Assembly: GCA_016748015.1 (NCBI GenBank)
Contig: JAAOMT010000226.1
Coordinates: 248,001 to 312,000, forward strand
Direction: 5' to 3'
DNA length: 64,000 nt
Source of the DNA: Geosiphon pyriformis uo1
Lineage: Eukaryota; Fungi; Glomeromycota
In this document: positions 42,976 through 56,038 of the stretch, piece by piece
Layout of the letters: each line of letters opens with the position of its first letter
Numbering within the stretch: position 1 is the first letter of the stretch
The notes under the pieces: generated by a model
Databases searched by the model: none
The model's input: the letters and a program-made list of their open reading frames with translations, nothing else
Told to the model about the DNA's origin: nothing
Translations under genes and position numbers: made by a program

Positions 42976-43885
42976 CAGTATGGAACAAAAAAACTAATTT
43001 GATTTAATCAATTTTAGTTAAATTGTGGCAAAACTTGGAAAAATAAATGGAAAGACAAACGGCCAAATGATTATGAATTTTTTTGTGCATTTTACTAATT
43101 ATTTTGTTTTAAAATTCTTTTGCAAAATGCTTTCATCCAAGCAAGAAATGTGGCAACACACTTTATTATATTTCTGAAATAACAGCATATAAAATACAAG
43201 TAAAATACAACAGAAAACAAAAACTTTGACAACAAATTTGTCAAAAACTGGTATAAATATATTTTACAAAACAACAAAAAGATATTTAAAATTTCTTAAA
43301 TATCAAAAAAACCTTTTTTTTAATAACCACAATGCTTATAAATAAGCATAAAAAAAACTGTATAGAATAGGCTTACTAATGTTTAAATAACAATAAAAAC
43401 TGAACTGTTTTTACAAATAAAATAGTATTTTGTTTATTTAAGAACACATTAGAACATTGATATAAAAGTTTGTAACCAATTTGGCTATATCAAAAGACTG
43501 AAGAAAAATTTTTGTTTGGGTAGTTTTTATAAAGGAGGAAAATCTAATTTATTTTGTTTACTGGTATAATGAACGGTGAATTTTACATTGAAATTTTCCA
43601 CATCCATTTCTCTAAAATTAAAAAAAAACTAGAACGTAAATGGTGGTTTCAGCAAGATAATGATCAAAAGCACAAATGTAAAATTGCTTAGGCATTTATT
43701 GCTAAAAATATCCGCAATGTTATTGATTGGCTTGCCAATTTACCTAACTTAAATTCAATTGAAAACTTATGGGCTATTGTTAAAAAAAAAGATGCCATAA
43801 GATCTAAACTAGTTAATGCTATTTATGGAAATAACGTTGTGTGAGATAGTAATCGTGAATAATGATGTACTAATTTTTTTTTTTA
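42976..43885 (+). mobile_element. Tc1/mariner (DD34E) transposon relic
   Basis: Left end TA|CAGTATGGAACAAAAAAA. Decayed transposase with TVFTNK (FTDE) and WWFQQDNDQKH...IDWLANLPNLNSIENLWAIVK. D at 43656 and E at 43761 have 34 residues between them. The right TIR is not clear. Confidence 0.85.
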
Positions 43886-43899
43886 GTTGAAATGTAATA

Positions 43900-44889
43900 A
43901 CCATTTTTCTAAATAAGGTTCAAATCTTAATCTTCCTTTTTCTAATCAGATTCCCTTTTGAATTCTGTTTCCTTTAACAATTTGAAGGTTGTTATTTATC
44001 CTAAACGAGAAATCATAAAATTTTGACAAAAAAGAAAGACATTAAAAGCTTCCTTTTCTTTTGTTTCTAAAAGATGCGCAAATAGTTTAGAGATGATTAA
44101 ACAGGACGACCAAAAATTATGACGATGATGCTATTCTTTTAAAATTTAGTGTTATCTAAGAGGGTAATGAAAAATTAAAAATTTTCCCAAATTTAATGAA
44201 TTATAAAACTCTCAGTTATGACCACTAGTGATAACGATTGATCATACTATGTTCCATATTGTCAAAATTAAAAGCCCTTCGGCAAAATGAATAAAATAAT
44301 ACAAATGCCTGTAAATTTTTTTTTGAAATCTTTTTTTAAATGAATATTAAAAACTAATTTTATTTTATGAAATAATGTTATGCATTTTTTTCTAACCCTT
44401 TTAATTAACATGATATTAATCGCTGACTATAAAAAATCTTCTAATTCCAGGCTCAAATATAATTTTATTCCTTAAACAGTAAAGAGTCCGATTGAGAAAA
44501 AAGGTGATTTGACATCCGAATCTCATGAAATAAGTAATTGAAGAAAATTACATGGGTACATTTCAGGTTAAACGCTACTTGGTGTGAATAATGGTTTCTT
44601 AGGGCTTTTTGTCAATTTTATTATGATTGTTATTCCCAATCGTATCATCCTTTTTGCTTCAAACTGTATCGTCATTATTATTTCCAACCCTACTGTCATT
44701 ATTGTTCCCAACGTCACTTCCAACATTTTCATTGCCAAACCCGTTGTCATTCCCACCACTCTTATTTGTAATGACAGTAGGATTTGAAATAACTGAAATT
44801 GGTGGGTCTTTTGATAGGCTTAATAGAAATGAGAAAACAAAGGAAAGGAGGACTAAAATAGTATTGATGTTGATGTGGAAATTTTTGAT
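43900..44889 (-). pseudogene. Relic of a secreted protein with Asn/Asp/Gly octapeptide repeats
   Basis: Signal-peptide-like ILVLLSFVFSFLLSLS, then NDNGFGNE/NVGSDVGNN/NDSRVGNN/NDDTV*SK/KDDTIGNN/NHNKIDKK. Intron-like stretches downstream. No ATG and several stops. Confidence 0.4.
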
Positions 44890-44997
44890 TTTTTAAAAAA
44901 ATTAATATCCAAATAATAGAGTTTGAAGAGAAATTTTCAAAATAAACACACTTATTTCACAACAGAACACTAAAATATTTATTGAACATTCAATTAT

Positions 44998-46290
44998 CAA
45001 GTCAAATTTCCGACTCTCTAAGTTGTGCCAATTTTTTAGTAAAACGAACTTCAGAGTAACATGTCATACGCCTCTTTTTTCTATAAGCAATCAAACCAGC
45101 TTTCGTTAAGCAGACACACAACTGTTAGCAAAATATGTTGTGACTAGATTGATGTAAATATTAATATTGAGCAATAAATATATAAAAGTATATACTTACC
45201 ACCCACTTTATAACTGCCTCATACATGGACACAAATTTAGGCATATCTGACCAGTCTTTCGGCAGAGAATAGCATCTAAAAAACATATTCAAATATGTTA
45301 AGAGATTATGCCCACACTTATTTTAAAGCTTTATATAACAATTCATACCATGAAAGTCAAGCATCGTTAATGATGCTTTAATTTTGTAGGCTGTCAATCC
45401 ATAAATTCGCAAATCAGCAAACAATTGATGTTGAACATTTGCTTTTCCAATGATAATATTATTGTAAAGACGGACCATGCTGATGGCATTCTTTATATCA
45501 TCTTCATCTTGCTTCTTTCTAGAAGCCCTAGGCCTTGCTCCTTCACCACAAATGAGAGGATAATTGGTGACATCATTCATATAGCCTATTCCATCTGCAC
45601 GAATGCATGATTTTTCTGTTTGTAAATGAATTTCACCGCTATGGAAATCATATAAACACATTGATTAGTATGACCAGAAATGCTTTTTACAATATTAAAA
45701 ATCAAATCAGTAAAACTACTAAATATAGTTTCTTCTCCCAAATATCCAAAGTGCTGCATCGATTATTGGATGCTCAAATCGATTTAGATAAGGTTTCTCT
45801 AATGTCTCAAGGTTGGGCAAAGGATTAAGAGCATTTAATTAAAATGCCTTGAAACTAGATTAATTAATAATAAATCAGTAAGTATTCATTAAGAACTTAA
45901 TGTACTGTCATCTATGAGATACTCAAGTCCAATACTGAATTAATCGAGCTTAATATACATCTGAAAAAACAAAAATAGATTAACTAGAACTTGGATGTGG
46001 TATCTTCCCAAAGATTCTCTCCATCCCATATTTAGCTTCTTTTTTCTCTACAAAACTGTTCGAGTTTAGCATGCAAGTCATCATCAAATTTCTTCTCTCT
46101 GATGGTTGATTCAAAACATTATTTTCGGACATAGGCATCATTTGTTATTTGCGCAAGGGTAATCCTTGTTCCAGATTTCATATATTCAATGAGTTGAAGT
46201 GTAATATCTATTGGCTATTGTTATAGCCACATTTTTAACTCTTTTTCGGGATTGTATGATTTCCTCAAATGCTTTTGAAGATAAATAAGA
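44998..46290 (-). pseudogene. Second PD-(D/E)xK-like nuclease gene, pseudogenised
   Basis: Exon pieces LEKPYLNRFEHPII, GEIHLQTEKSCIRADGIGY...LICGEGARP...KKQDEDDIKNAISM...LRIYGLTAY...LTMLDF and SLPKDWSDMPKFV. Stops in the upstream exons. Confidence 0.65.
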
Positions 46291-46641
46291 TGCATTTCAT
46301 CCTTTTTTGTAATTATATAAAAATTATTGAAAATTATCGAAAATGATTGGTAATTATAGGTAATTATATATAGTATCTAATATTAATAATTTTGTTATTT
46401 ATCTTATATTTTTTAAATATATCAATAAGTATGTCACTATTATTTCCCATAACATTTATTATTATTTATTATGAATAATTTGAAAGACCTTAAGAATTAT
46501 ATAACGTCTTCCAAGATTCTTCAGAGATACTTGGCTATAATAGTAAATTGCAGAATAATTATGAGGAGCGAGAAAAAGATTTTAATTGAGAGAAGAAGGG
46601 GTGGGATCAGGAGAGAAAAAAATGTTGCCAGAATCTAGTGA

Positions 46642-47148
46642 GTGCTAATATTGAGATCCAAAAATTATGTATTCATAATTTCAGAACTTGATGAGATTAG
46701 GCGCTTCCAGGCTAGAAATTCCCGGAACGATGTTTCTCTTGCAGATTCTAAGGCTAAGATTAAGCCGCTCCAGATTAAGATAAATTCATTGAAAGATAAG
46801 TTAGCATCGGCCCAGAAAGATACATCTTCAGCTCAAAAGGTTTTATTGAAGAAAATACCTGAATTAGAATATATAAAGGATGAATTGACATCAAAATTCA
46901 ATGAGTTGGAGCTATTGAAATCGGAATCTGTAATTGGAATAGATAATAAGGAACAGAGGAAGCAGAGCTTTGAGTTCTTGACTCACCCTATTATGCCTAC
47001 AATAAAAAATATAATGAATTCCAAAGAACAGGGATTAAAGTCTCCAATTCATGATATTCCAACAATTAGCAAACCTAGAAAGAATCTTCACAAATTTTTT
47101 TACAAAGATTTTTTATCCGGATGCAGAGTAATGTTTCTTCTGAAATAA
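46642..47148 (+). pseudogene. Coiled-coil ORF fragment, probably repeat-derived
   Basis: Heptad-like E/K/L-rich 168-codon ORF with a GTG start. No family assigned. Confidence 0.35.
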
Positions 47149-48029
47149 GTACGTCTTACTTACAGAGTGAGGAGACTCCTGCTTTTGATATAGCATCTTA
47201 GGATATATAGATAAAGTCTAATCTATTATCATCTAAAAATGTAACCTTGTATCTTGTATAACAGAGAACTCACACTTCCTGTTTGATCAACTCACATTCA
47301 CAAATTTCAGTAGTAGGTAAAAAAGCAGTTCCTATTATAGCAAGTTTTTATGTTACTGCTATTTTTTACCTTGTTGGTAATTGCAGTTGTGTGTTTTATG
47401 ATCCTAAAACATATTTGAAATGAAAAAAAGGGTCAAGTAAAGTGAAAAGCAGAGCATCATTTCTTCAGAAATAGCTTTAAGGCTCTGCCTCTAAGCATAT
47501 AAATCTATTTTGGGATGAATTGATATGAATAAAATATAAAAATAGATAAAAAATACACAGGATTAGAGATTAATAATATATTAATAAAAAAACTGTGAAA
47601 CGTGGATTGGCATTTTAAAGTAAACATATATTAACTTGCTCTAATGCCTGCATTAGAGCAAGCTTTTGTTTATAATTGTAATATTTATCAATGTTAGTAA
47701 TAGATAAATAAGAGGTTTTAAACATCATGAATTATTCTTTATAAAAGGTATTTTGGCTTGAATAAAATAAAAATATCTTGGTATCCTATTTGAGTCTTTC
47801 ATTAAAACGTTTAAACATAAATTTTTACTAGCAACTTAAATTTCAACAATGCTGAATTGATTGCTTTCTTGTATAATTAAAGTCGAGTTTCTGTTCTGTA
47901 TTTAATCTATTTACAGTATATAATTCTATAACACTTTGATATCCAATCTTTATCTACAGCAAATGCGATAAATTAGATTTGTGGCCATAAAATTTAAAAC
48001 CCTCATATTTACACATGTACATTCAGATT

Positions 48030-48220
48030 CTATTAGTATATGAGTTAGAAGGTGGCAACCTTTAACATTGTGAGAAAATTTTTCCAGTAACATTACTCTT
48101 TCAGACCATTTCCTTAACCAGTATACAAATATGGTTAGGGGGTGGCAACTCTCAACATTATGAAAAAATTTTTTTAATAACATTGTTTTTTTGGACCACT
48201 TTTTTAACTATTAGTATACT
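48030..48220. repeat. Tandem duplication, ~90-bp unit x2
   Basis: GGTGGCAAC at 48051 and 48141 with aligned flanks. Confidence 0.8.
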
Positions 48221-48519
48221 AATACTGTAGTATTTGCTATAAAATTATTACTTAATATAGATTATAGAAAAGACTAAATATAGAATATACCAATCTGTAG
48301 TAAAACTTTCAATACTCTTATTTTTTGTTCAAAATCAGTTATTTTTGTTAATGAAGAATTTACTGCATGTTTTGCTAAGTCTTCAACGAAAAGTAATAAT
48401 TGTAAAACTGTTTCTTTTCTTGTTAAATAAATGATAGTAGCAAAACATATAGTGTCAAAAGAGTCTTTTAAAAAAAAAGCTGCAAGAAAAAATGAAGCAA
48501 CAAATATATATAATATAGA

Positions 48520-48930
48520 TATTCTGTTCTTTTAAAATGTTTTTTTACTTATTTCAGATATAGAAATATTAGCTTGATCCAATTTAGCAAACGTTATTAC
48601 AGTCTTCTGTCACAATCTATTTAATTGAAGTCAAATTAACACAATCTTATTAAACTCAGACAAAGCTGAGATAATCACTTCCTTAAAAGCATCTATAAAA
48701 TTTTTTTTAATAATTACTACTTAATTCATAACATAAATATATTGTACTTTTAAAATATTTCTTTCCACTTATTTCAGATATAAAAATATTAACTTGATCC
48801 AATTAATAAACTTTATTACAGTTTTTTGTCACAGTTCACTTAACTAACACAATTTCATTGAATTTAAACAAAGCTAAAATAATTGCTTTTTTAAAAATAT
48901 TCATGAAAATTTTCTTAATAATTATTACAC
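48520..48930. repeat. Tandem duplication, ~220-bp unit x2
   Basis: ACTTATTTCAGATATA at 48547 and 48767 with aligned flanks. Confidence 0.85.
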
Positions 48931-51900
48931 AATTTGAATTATTGTTTACTAAAATGTTTTTATTTATAACCAATAATAATTTTTTGAAATTTTGAAAAAG
49001 TAAAAACTTTTTTAAACTATATATAGTTAAAAATAATTTTTTTTAACAGTATTATTCATAAAAAAAGTACAAAAAAAAAAGTAGAAAAAACAAATAAAAA
49101 AATAGTACTTAGTAAGTAAATATAATATTAAAAAATTATAATACATTGCTTAACAATATGCATATTGTTAGTGAATTATAACACATTACTCAACAATAAG
49201 CATATTGTCAGAAAATCATGTCATATTGCTTAGTAATACGCATATTGTTAAAAAAATAAAACACATTGCTCAAAAAAATATGTAATCTTATATAGCAAGA
49301 ATTATGTATATATCAAGAATATTAAAAACAGAAAAAACAGAATTAATACTAATAATTAGTTAGAACTTATTAATTAACCAATATCTCTTCCTTCAAAAAG
49401 TAGTTTTTTACAACTTGAAATAGAATCAAATCATATATTAATAAAATATTGATTAATACCTGAATTCATGTTATTATTATTTAATTAAAAAATATTAATT
49501 ACTTCTATTTTATTAACACTTCATGTTGATAGAATCCAACATTTAATTATACTGGACCAATAACTTTTGATTATGGCTATTAACAAAATATTAATTTTTT
49601 ATTTTCTTTTCTTATTTTCTTTTTATTTTTTTTTATTTTTTTTATTTTTTTTTATTTTATTTGTTGTTTACTAATTGATTAAAAAGATTAAGCACTAAGT
49701 ATTTTATATCAAGAATAGTCTAATAAAAAACCCAGAAATAAGAATAGAAATTTAAAAATAGCTTATTAGAAAAGCATAACTGCCAAAATAAACTAGCTAC
49801 TATACTAAAAAAGAAGATTTATAAAAGAAACCATTAATTGAATTTCTGTTTATTATACAAAAAACTCAACCAAAATTTTCAGATTCTAAAAATCATTAGA
49901 AATTACCAATATTATTAACTATTGAGCACCAAGTTACAGATTTGTTATTTGTTCTAACATTTTAAATAAACATTTATAACATTTAATGTTCTTAGTGAGA
50001 TATAATTTAACAGAAAACCAACACCAATATCAACCATTTAAAAAAGTGACAGACCAAGAAATTATAAGAGAAAACCATTTAAAATTTGTGAAATCTTTAT
50101 TTTAACATTAATAAATTTAATTTAAATTAACAAGTAATTATTGGTTAACAGAATCAGCTTTTAATTACTATGTTAACAAAAAAATTAAATTCTACTTAGA
50201 AGACCAAAAAAATCCAGAAGTTATTCTTAACAATTTCTATAGTGAATTATTTCAAAACACTACACTTCTACTAAACCATTTGTTTCCATTACTAATTACA
50301 GAAATAAACAAAAAAATTGAAAATTACACTTAACAGAAATTTTTTGTTACTTTCACAGATAAAAAAAATTTATAAACTTTAGCAGAAACACCAAAAAAAT
50401 TACAACTACCAAATTGAAAAAAACCAAGAGTCATTTTACCTATTCATTTATAATACCATCATATATCCAGAAGTATTATATACATACTCTTAGAATCTGT
50501 ATCATCATCAACTATGAAAACATTATTACTTAGAGTACTATTCTAAAATTATCAAGAGAAAGCCAAATTATTAAAAACTTATAATAATTACTTTAAAGAA
50601 TTTAAATTGTGATTAACAATACTATTAAGACTTCAATTACTGTTATCTTAACCAGATTTCGAATCTATCAGTTATTGGGAAGATACTAATTCAGAAGAAA
50701 AAAAAGACAATGATCAAAAAAACAATAATCAAGACCTAATCTCAAATAACTCAAAAATACAAACTTTGATTATTTAAACTCCACAAAACTTGAACAATTC
50801 AAACCTCATTTTTATTATTTAGTAAGACTTACCTTTAGTAATTGTGATCAATTCACCAGTTGTATTAATTGTATCACCATAACAACAATCTCAACCATAA
50901 TCACAACAAGAATTACTAGCACCAATAGCATATGTATCTATTGTCAAACTCGAGAAATTCATTAACAAAAAAGACAATGTCCAAATATAATTAAATAATA
51001 TTACCAAAACAATTACAATTAATAACTGAGATAACATTAAAGCTTTTTAAGCCATTTTTTACTTCTTACAAAATACTGCTAACTTATTATATTAAAACTT
51101 AATCAACAAGTTACAAACCTTTAACACATTTAAAACTGTGTTTCTGTAATAGTTTAGCAATCACAACAGCATCAATTATCTGTTAACTAGTTTTACTATT
51201 ATTAAACAGAGTAATACAAAAGCAATCACTACTTACTTAGAAAACTTCCACAAGAATCTATGCCAAATTCAGACAATCTAAGTTAACTACTTTACAAAAA
51301 CACAAATTTTAAATTAGTTTATTTGTAAATTATACAGCAGCTTATTACAATGAGTACATTTAATGCACTTAAATACTCTTTAAAATGCAGTAACTTATGC
51401 CAGAAATTTTGAATTGGCCAAATTCAAAGCCAATTATATCCAAGCTGTTAACTTAGTGATAAATGGATCATTTGAATTGAATACCAAATTGAAGCAATTT
51501 GGTAAAATTATTAATCAAAAAATCAAGAAATATTTCGTTAATAATCAAGCCATCTATTAGTCTTTTCAATACTATAACAATTAAAAAAACTCAAATTATT
51601 TCCAGAATTAATTGTGCCTATCATTTTCATCAACCAATTAATTATGACAGTAAGAAACACATATCTGTTATTATTATAATAAATAAAAACACTTAATATT
51701 AAACTACTATACAAGATTAAATAATTAATAATCAGAAAATCAATATTAAAACTCCAATCAATGATTTTAAACTCTAAATTACATCCAAAATCAGAAATTA
51801 TATCAATTTTATTACACTTCAATAATACAACAACCAATATACTTATCTCTATTATATCAAATTCCAGCACCATTTATTTATTAGCCACAGCCACAAATTA

Positions 51901-53748
51901 TTTTTCAACCCTAACCAATTCAAACACTACTTTAAAACATAGTTCAAATATTAATTAGCAATCAAAGACTGAAAATTACTTACATACAACAGAATTAGAG
52001 ATCAGCAATAGTAATATACTAATCAATTTCTAGTTTATTAAATCAGTCATAAAGATCACACCAGTAAAGTTTAAGAAGTAAGTATACTCAAAATTTAAAT
52101 TTCCAAAACTATTTAAGTTTTTTAGTCACCTCAAAAACCAACTTATCCAATAATTTGAAAAGCCTAAAAACACTAATTATCAGTAATATTCTACTAGCAA
52201 TTATTATTGAAAACAAATCACTTGTAGCTTTATTTCTCTTTAAAATAAAAGAATCAACAATACCACTTTTATTTATTAAAGCCATTTTTAATACCAAATC
52301 AATCACTGCTATATATACTAACACTAAAGTTAATGGTTATCTTATTAAGCTAATTTTTGATAATAGTTTAGTAAACAGCATCATTATATGACAACTTATA
52401 GACTAATTAAGTTGTTGAGTTGATTATACTGCCAATACCAGAATAATTTTAGCCAATAAAACAACAAAAACTTCTATTGGCAAAATTGATGACTTTCTAT
52501 TTAAAGTCAATGTATTATAATACCTATTAAGATTTTTGTGATAAAAGTTACACAGTACTAAGCTCTTATTGGTAATAATTAGCTATTTAAGACTAATGCC
52601 ATACTTGACTAGATTATGCAAGAGCTATAGCTCAGTTAAAATGGTCAGCAAATTTAGATACCAGCTACTTACAGATACTTTAAAGCTCTTTCAAGAAAAC
52701 AATCATTGATTAAGTTGAAAGAAAAAAAAAACCTACTTGAGAAGTCTATTAAGTCTTATAGACTAAGAATAAACACAATAAATTATTGTTAATATTCACT
52801 TGAAACAATAAAAGAAAAAAGAAAGAAGGAAATGAACCAGAAGTCATTACAGTTACTAAAAAAATAACCAGTAACTAGAACTGATCATATTTTATAGACA
52901 CCAAAAAAAAACTGTTGTATATTTTACTTAAATACATCGACTGTAACAAAGAGCTTTCTTTTATAAAAGCTTGGATTTTACCAGATAAAAACTACTAGAC
53001 ACATATTTATTACTATTGCAAGCCATATTATAGAGAATACTTTGATTACCCTAAATAACAAAAAAGTAAAACAACAAATCATGTCTTGTTTGTAAAAAAA
53101 TATTACTTAATAAAAAAATGTGGAATAACATTCCTGATTAAAGAAAAATATATAACACATTGTGTTAATACAAAATTGTTATTAGTAACTGAATAAGTCA
53201 AGAAACTTTTTTTAATGCCACATAAAACCAAGCATTCTTATGCTTGAATAATTATCTATATAACAAAAATGAAATCTGGCAAATAACAAGTACTAAAATT
53301 GAAGACACTTCATTCAATAAGATATTCATGATCAAAAATAACCCATCAAAATTTGTTGAAACCATTCTTATTCCTAATTTAGATATTTTTATTAATATTT
53401 TAAGCAACTAAAACAATTTCATAAACATTATTAAAACTTAGCATTCACTAGAAAAAACAAGAGCAGTGTTTAGAACAATTAAATGCTAAATTCTGTAAAT
53501 ATTGCCTAATTTTTAGTGACTTCAAATATTGTAATAATTGTGATCTTATCTATAATCCACTATTATACATGACTTATTTAATCTCCAAAAAAAAGAAACC
53601 AATTAGTGAATGTGCATTGAAATTGGAATTAAAATTTAATTACAATTCAGATTCTAACAATGATAACAATAATAATTCTAACTTTATCTATAATGGCAAT
53701 AATAACAATAATGATTCAAATTTCAATTACAATCTCAAATAATATATT

Positions 53749-54205
53749 GTGCTTTCAGATTTGTCAATAGAGCAGAAACTAAAATGGTTTAGTAATAATA
53801 ATAAAAGTATTATGTCAGAATGCACATATAATACCAATGCAGAATTTGATTTCAGGTATCTAAAAAAAACTGCCATTAGATTGAAACCTTATTTATACAC
53901 TAGTATAGATCTGAAAATAGCACTGAAAATTTTAACAACAACAATAGTTCAACTAGTCTCTAGATCTAATTTAGTGAAAAAAAGAATTAATATTAGAGAA
54001 AAAATAATTGATACAAGATATATAAAAAATATTATTGCAATGCTATAAAACAACTCAAAATAAAATATGTAATTAAACTAAATAAAAAAATACCACAAGC
54101 AATATTTTTACCTCTAATTAAAATAGCTTAGTTAATATCAGAAGAAACAAAAAAAATGTTAAGGATTACAACAAAAAAGATAAAAGAATTCAAATTAATG
54201 AATAA
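53749..54205 (+). pseudogene. dUTPase domain inside Gypsy pol (decayed)
   Basis: All five trimeric dUTPase motifs appear in order as transition-decayed forms: AEFDF (AGFDL), SRSNL (RSSL), KIIDTRYIKNI (GIIDxGYxGNI), IPQAIF (IAQxIF) and KKIKEFKL (RGxxGFGS). Confidence 0.8.
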
Positions 54206-55010
54206 AATAGATATATTAGTTAATATAGTAAAAAAAAACAATTAATAAGAAAAAAATTATTTTTATCTATTAATCAATTTCTATTTTACTATATAATTAG
54301 TATATAGTAGTTATAGAAAGGAAGATAAAAAACCAACCCCAAATTTTTGAAGTTAAAACAAACATTTATAAATTAAAAGAGATTGTTATTACCAATCTTT
54401 ACATATTAGCCAAAAACCACAAACATATTAAAATTCCAATATACAACATAATTAAAGACCTTATAGAAATACTAAATAGAACTACCATTAAATACTTAAA
54501 CATTGCAGTTGAAAATCACTTACCAATTATTATTTCAGACTTTTTACAACTTTGTGAATATGTAAATATCATATTACAAACTATATACAGATAAAAAAAA
54601 TATTATTTGTTATAATTAGAACAATTAAAGCAAATAAACTTAAGAAATCTAGATTCACTTTAACAAATACAACTTAAAATGTTACTTAACAGCTTTACTA
54701 ATATTTTTGTTAGTAAAAATGAATTTGGCAGAACTAATATTATTTAATACCAGATCAAAACTGGAAATGTAATGTCAATTAAACAAAAAACATACAGAAT
54801 ACCACTAACCAGCTATAAAATCATCTAACAAAAAATCAACCAAATATTAAACAATAAATTAATTCAATTATTAATAAGCCCATAGTTATTACCAATAATA
54901 TTTGTTCATAAGAAGAATAAAAAAATCCACTTTTGTGTAGATTACAGAAAACTGAACAGTATTATTTATAGAAACAGTTATTTAATTTTATAGATTTAAG
55001 AATTATTTAA

Positions 55011-56038
55011 TATTATAGATAAACTAAGTAGGATATGGTGATAATATTTGGTGCTTAAGATTTGGGTTTTTAGGGAGCTTTTGATAGTTTTTTTTTAATA
55101 AACTTGTTTGGTGTATTAATGTTATTAATTTCTAAAAGTCTTCTTAATTGATATGAATTTACTCATAGAGTTTTTTAGTTATAAGGCACAGAAAGATGTT
55201 TTGTAGTGTTGTAACTTCTTGTATGTGAATGTGAGCTATTTTTTCTAAGCTAATAAGCACAGTTATTAAGGTTTGGCAGTGTTTTTTAACTCTTCTAATA
55301 AGCTACCAAAATAATATTAATATTCGAAAAAGCTTCTCTCTTTTACTAGGCTATTACGAAGTCTATTTCCAAACAGTCAATTTTTCTATGTTGCTGTTCT
55401 ACTAAAGAGAATAAAAAAAAGAAAAGAAAATAAATAAAAATAAATAAAAATAAAAAGAAAATAAGAAATTAATATCTTGTTAATAGCTGTGATCAAAAGC
55501 TATTGTTCCAAGGTAGTTAAGTATTAAATTTTATTAACATAAAATGTTAATAATAATGACAGTGATTAATATTATTAATTAAGTAATAATAACATGAGTT
55601 TGAAGATAATAGATAATTTTATTGATAAGAAAATGATTTCACTTTAAGTTATAGAAAAATATCTTTTGAAAGAAAAGTATTGTTTTAAATTAATATAAAT
55701 TCTATTGAATTCTCCAGGAATTTTTTTCTGGCTGTCTTTTTAACTTCTACAACTATTTATTTTTATATATTTTTTTTGTTTTACAAAATTGCTTTTTAAT
55801 TGTTTTATTTTTGCTAGTTATTGTTTTATTATTTTTGTTATTGCTTTATTCTTTTATGTTATTACTAGTTATTCTATGTTTTAATTAAATATTTCATGCT
55901 ATAACATGTTATTAAGTTTTGTATTATGTTATTCTGAGTTATTACACATTATTCTGTGTTTTTTTATATTATCTTGTGTTATTATGTTTTTGATTATGTT
56001 TTTTTATAATTTGAATTTGTTTTTTTACTTGGATAACA
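55011..56038 (-). mobile_element. Antisense solo LTR inserted in the RT of element 1, 4-bp TSD
   Basis: Ends TGTTA (56038) and decayed TAACA (55011). Flanks TTAA (55007-55010) and TTGA (56039-56042). Removing it restores RT ...I*ELFDVFKKKKW... It shares hairpins and a T-tract with LTRs 1 and 2. Confidence 0.8.

Noticed and set aside
47300-48000. Possible LINE C-terminal relic
   Set aside because: Too decayed; no diagnostic RT or endonuclease motif could be read.
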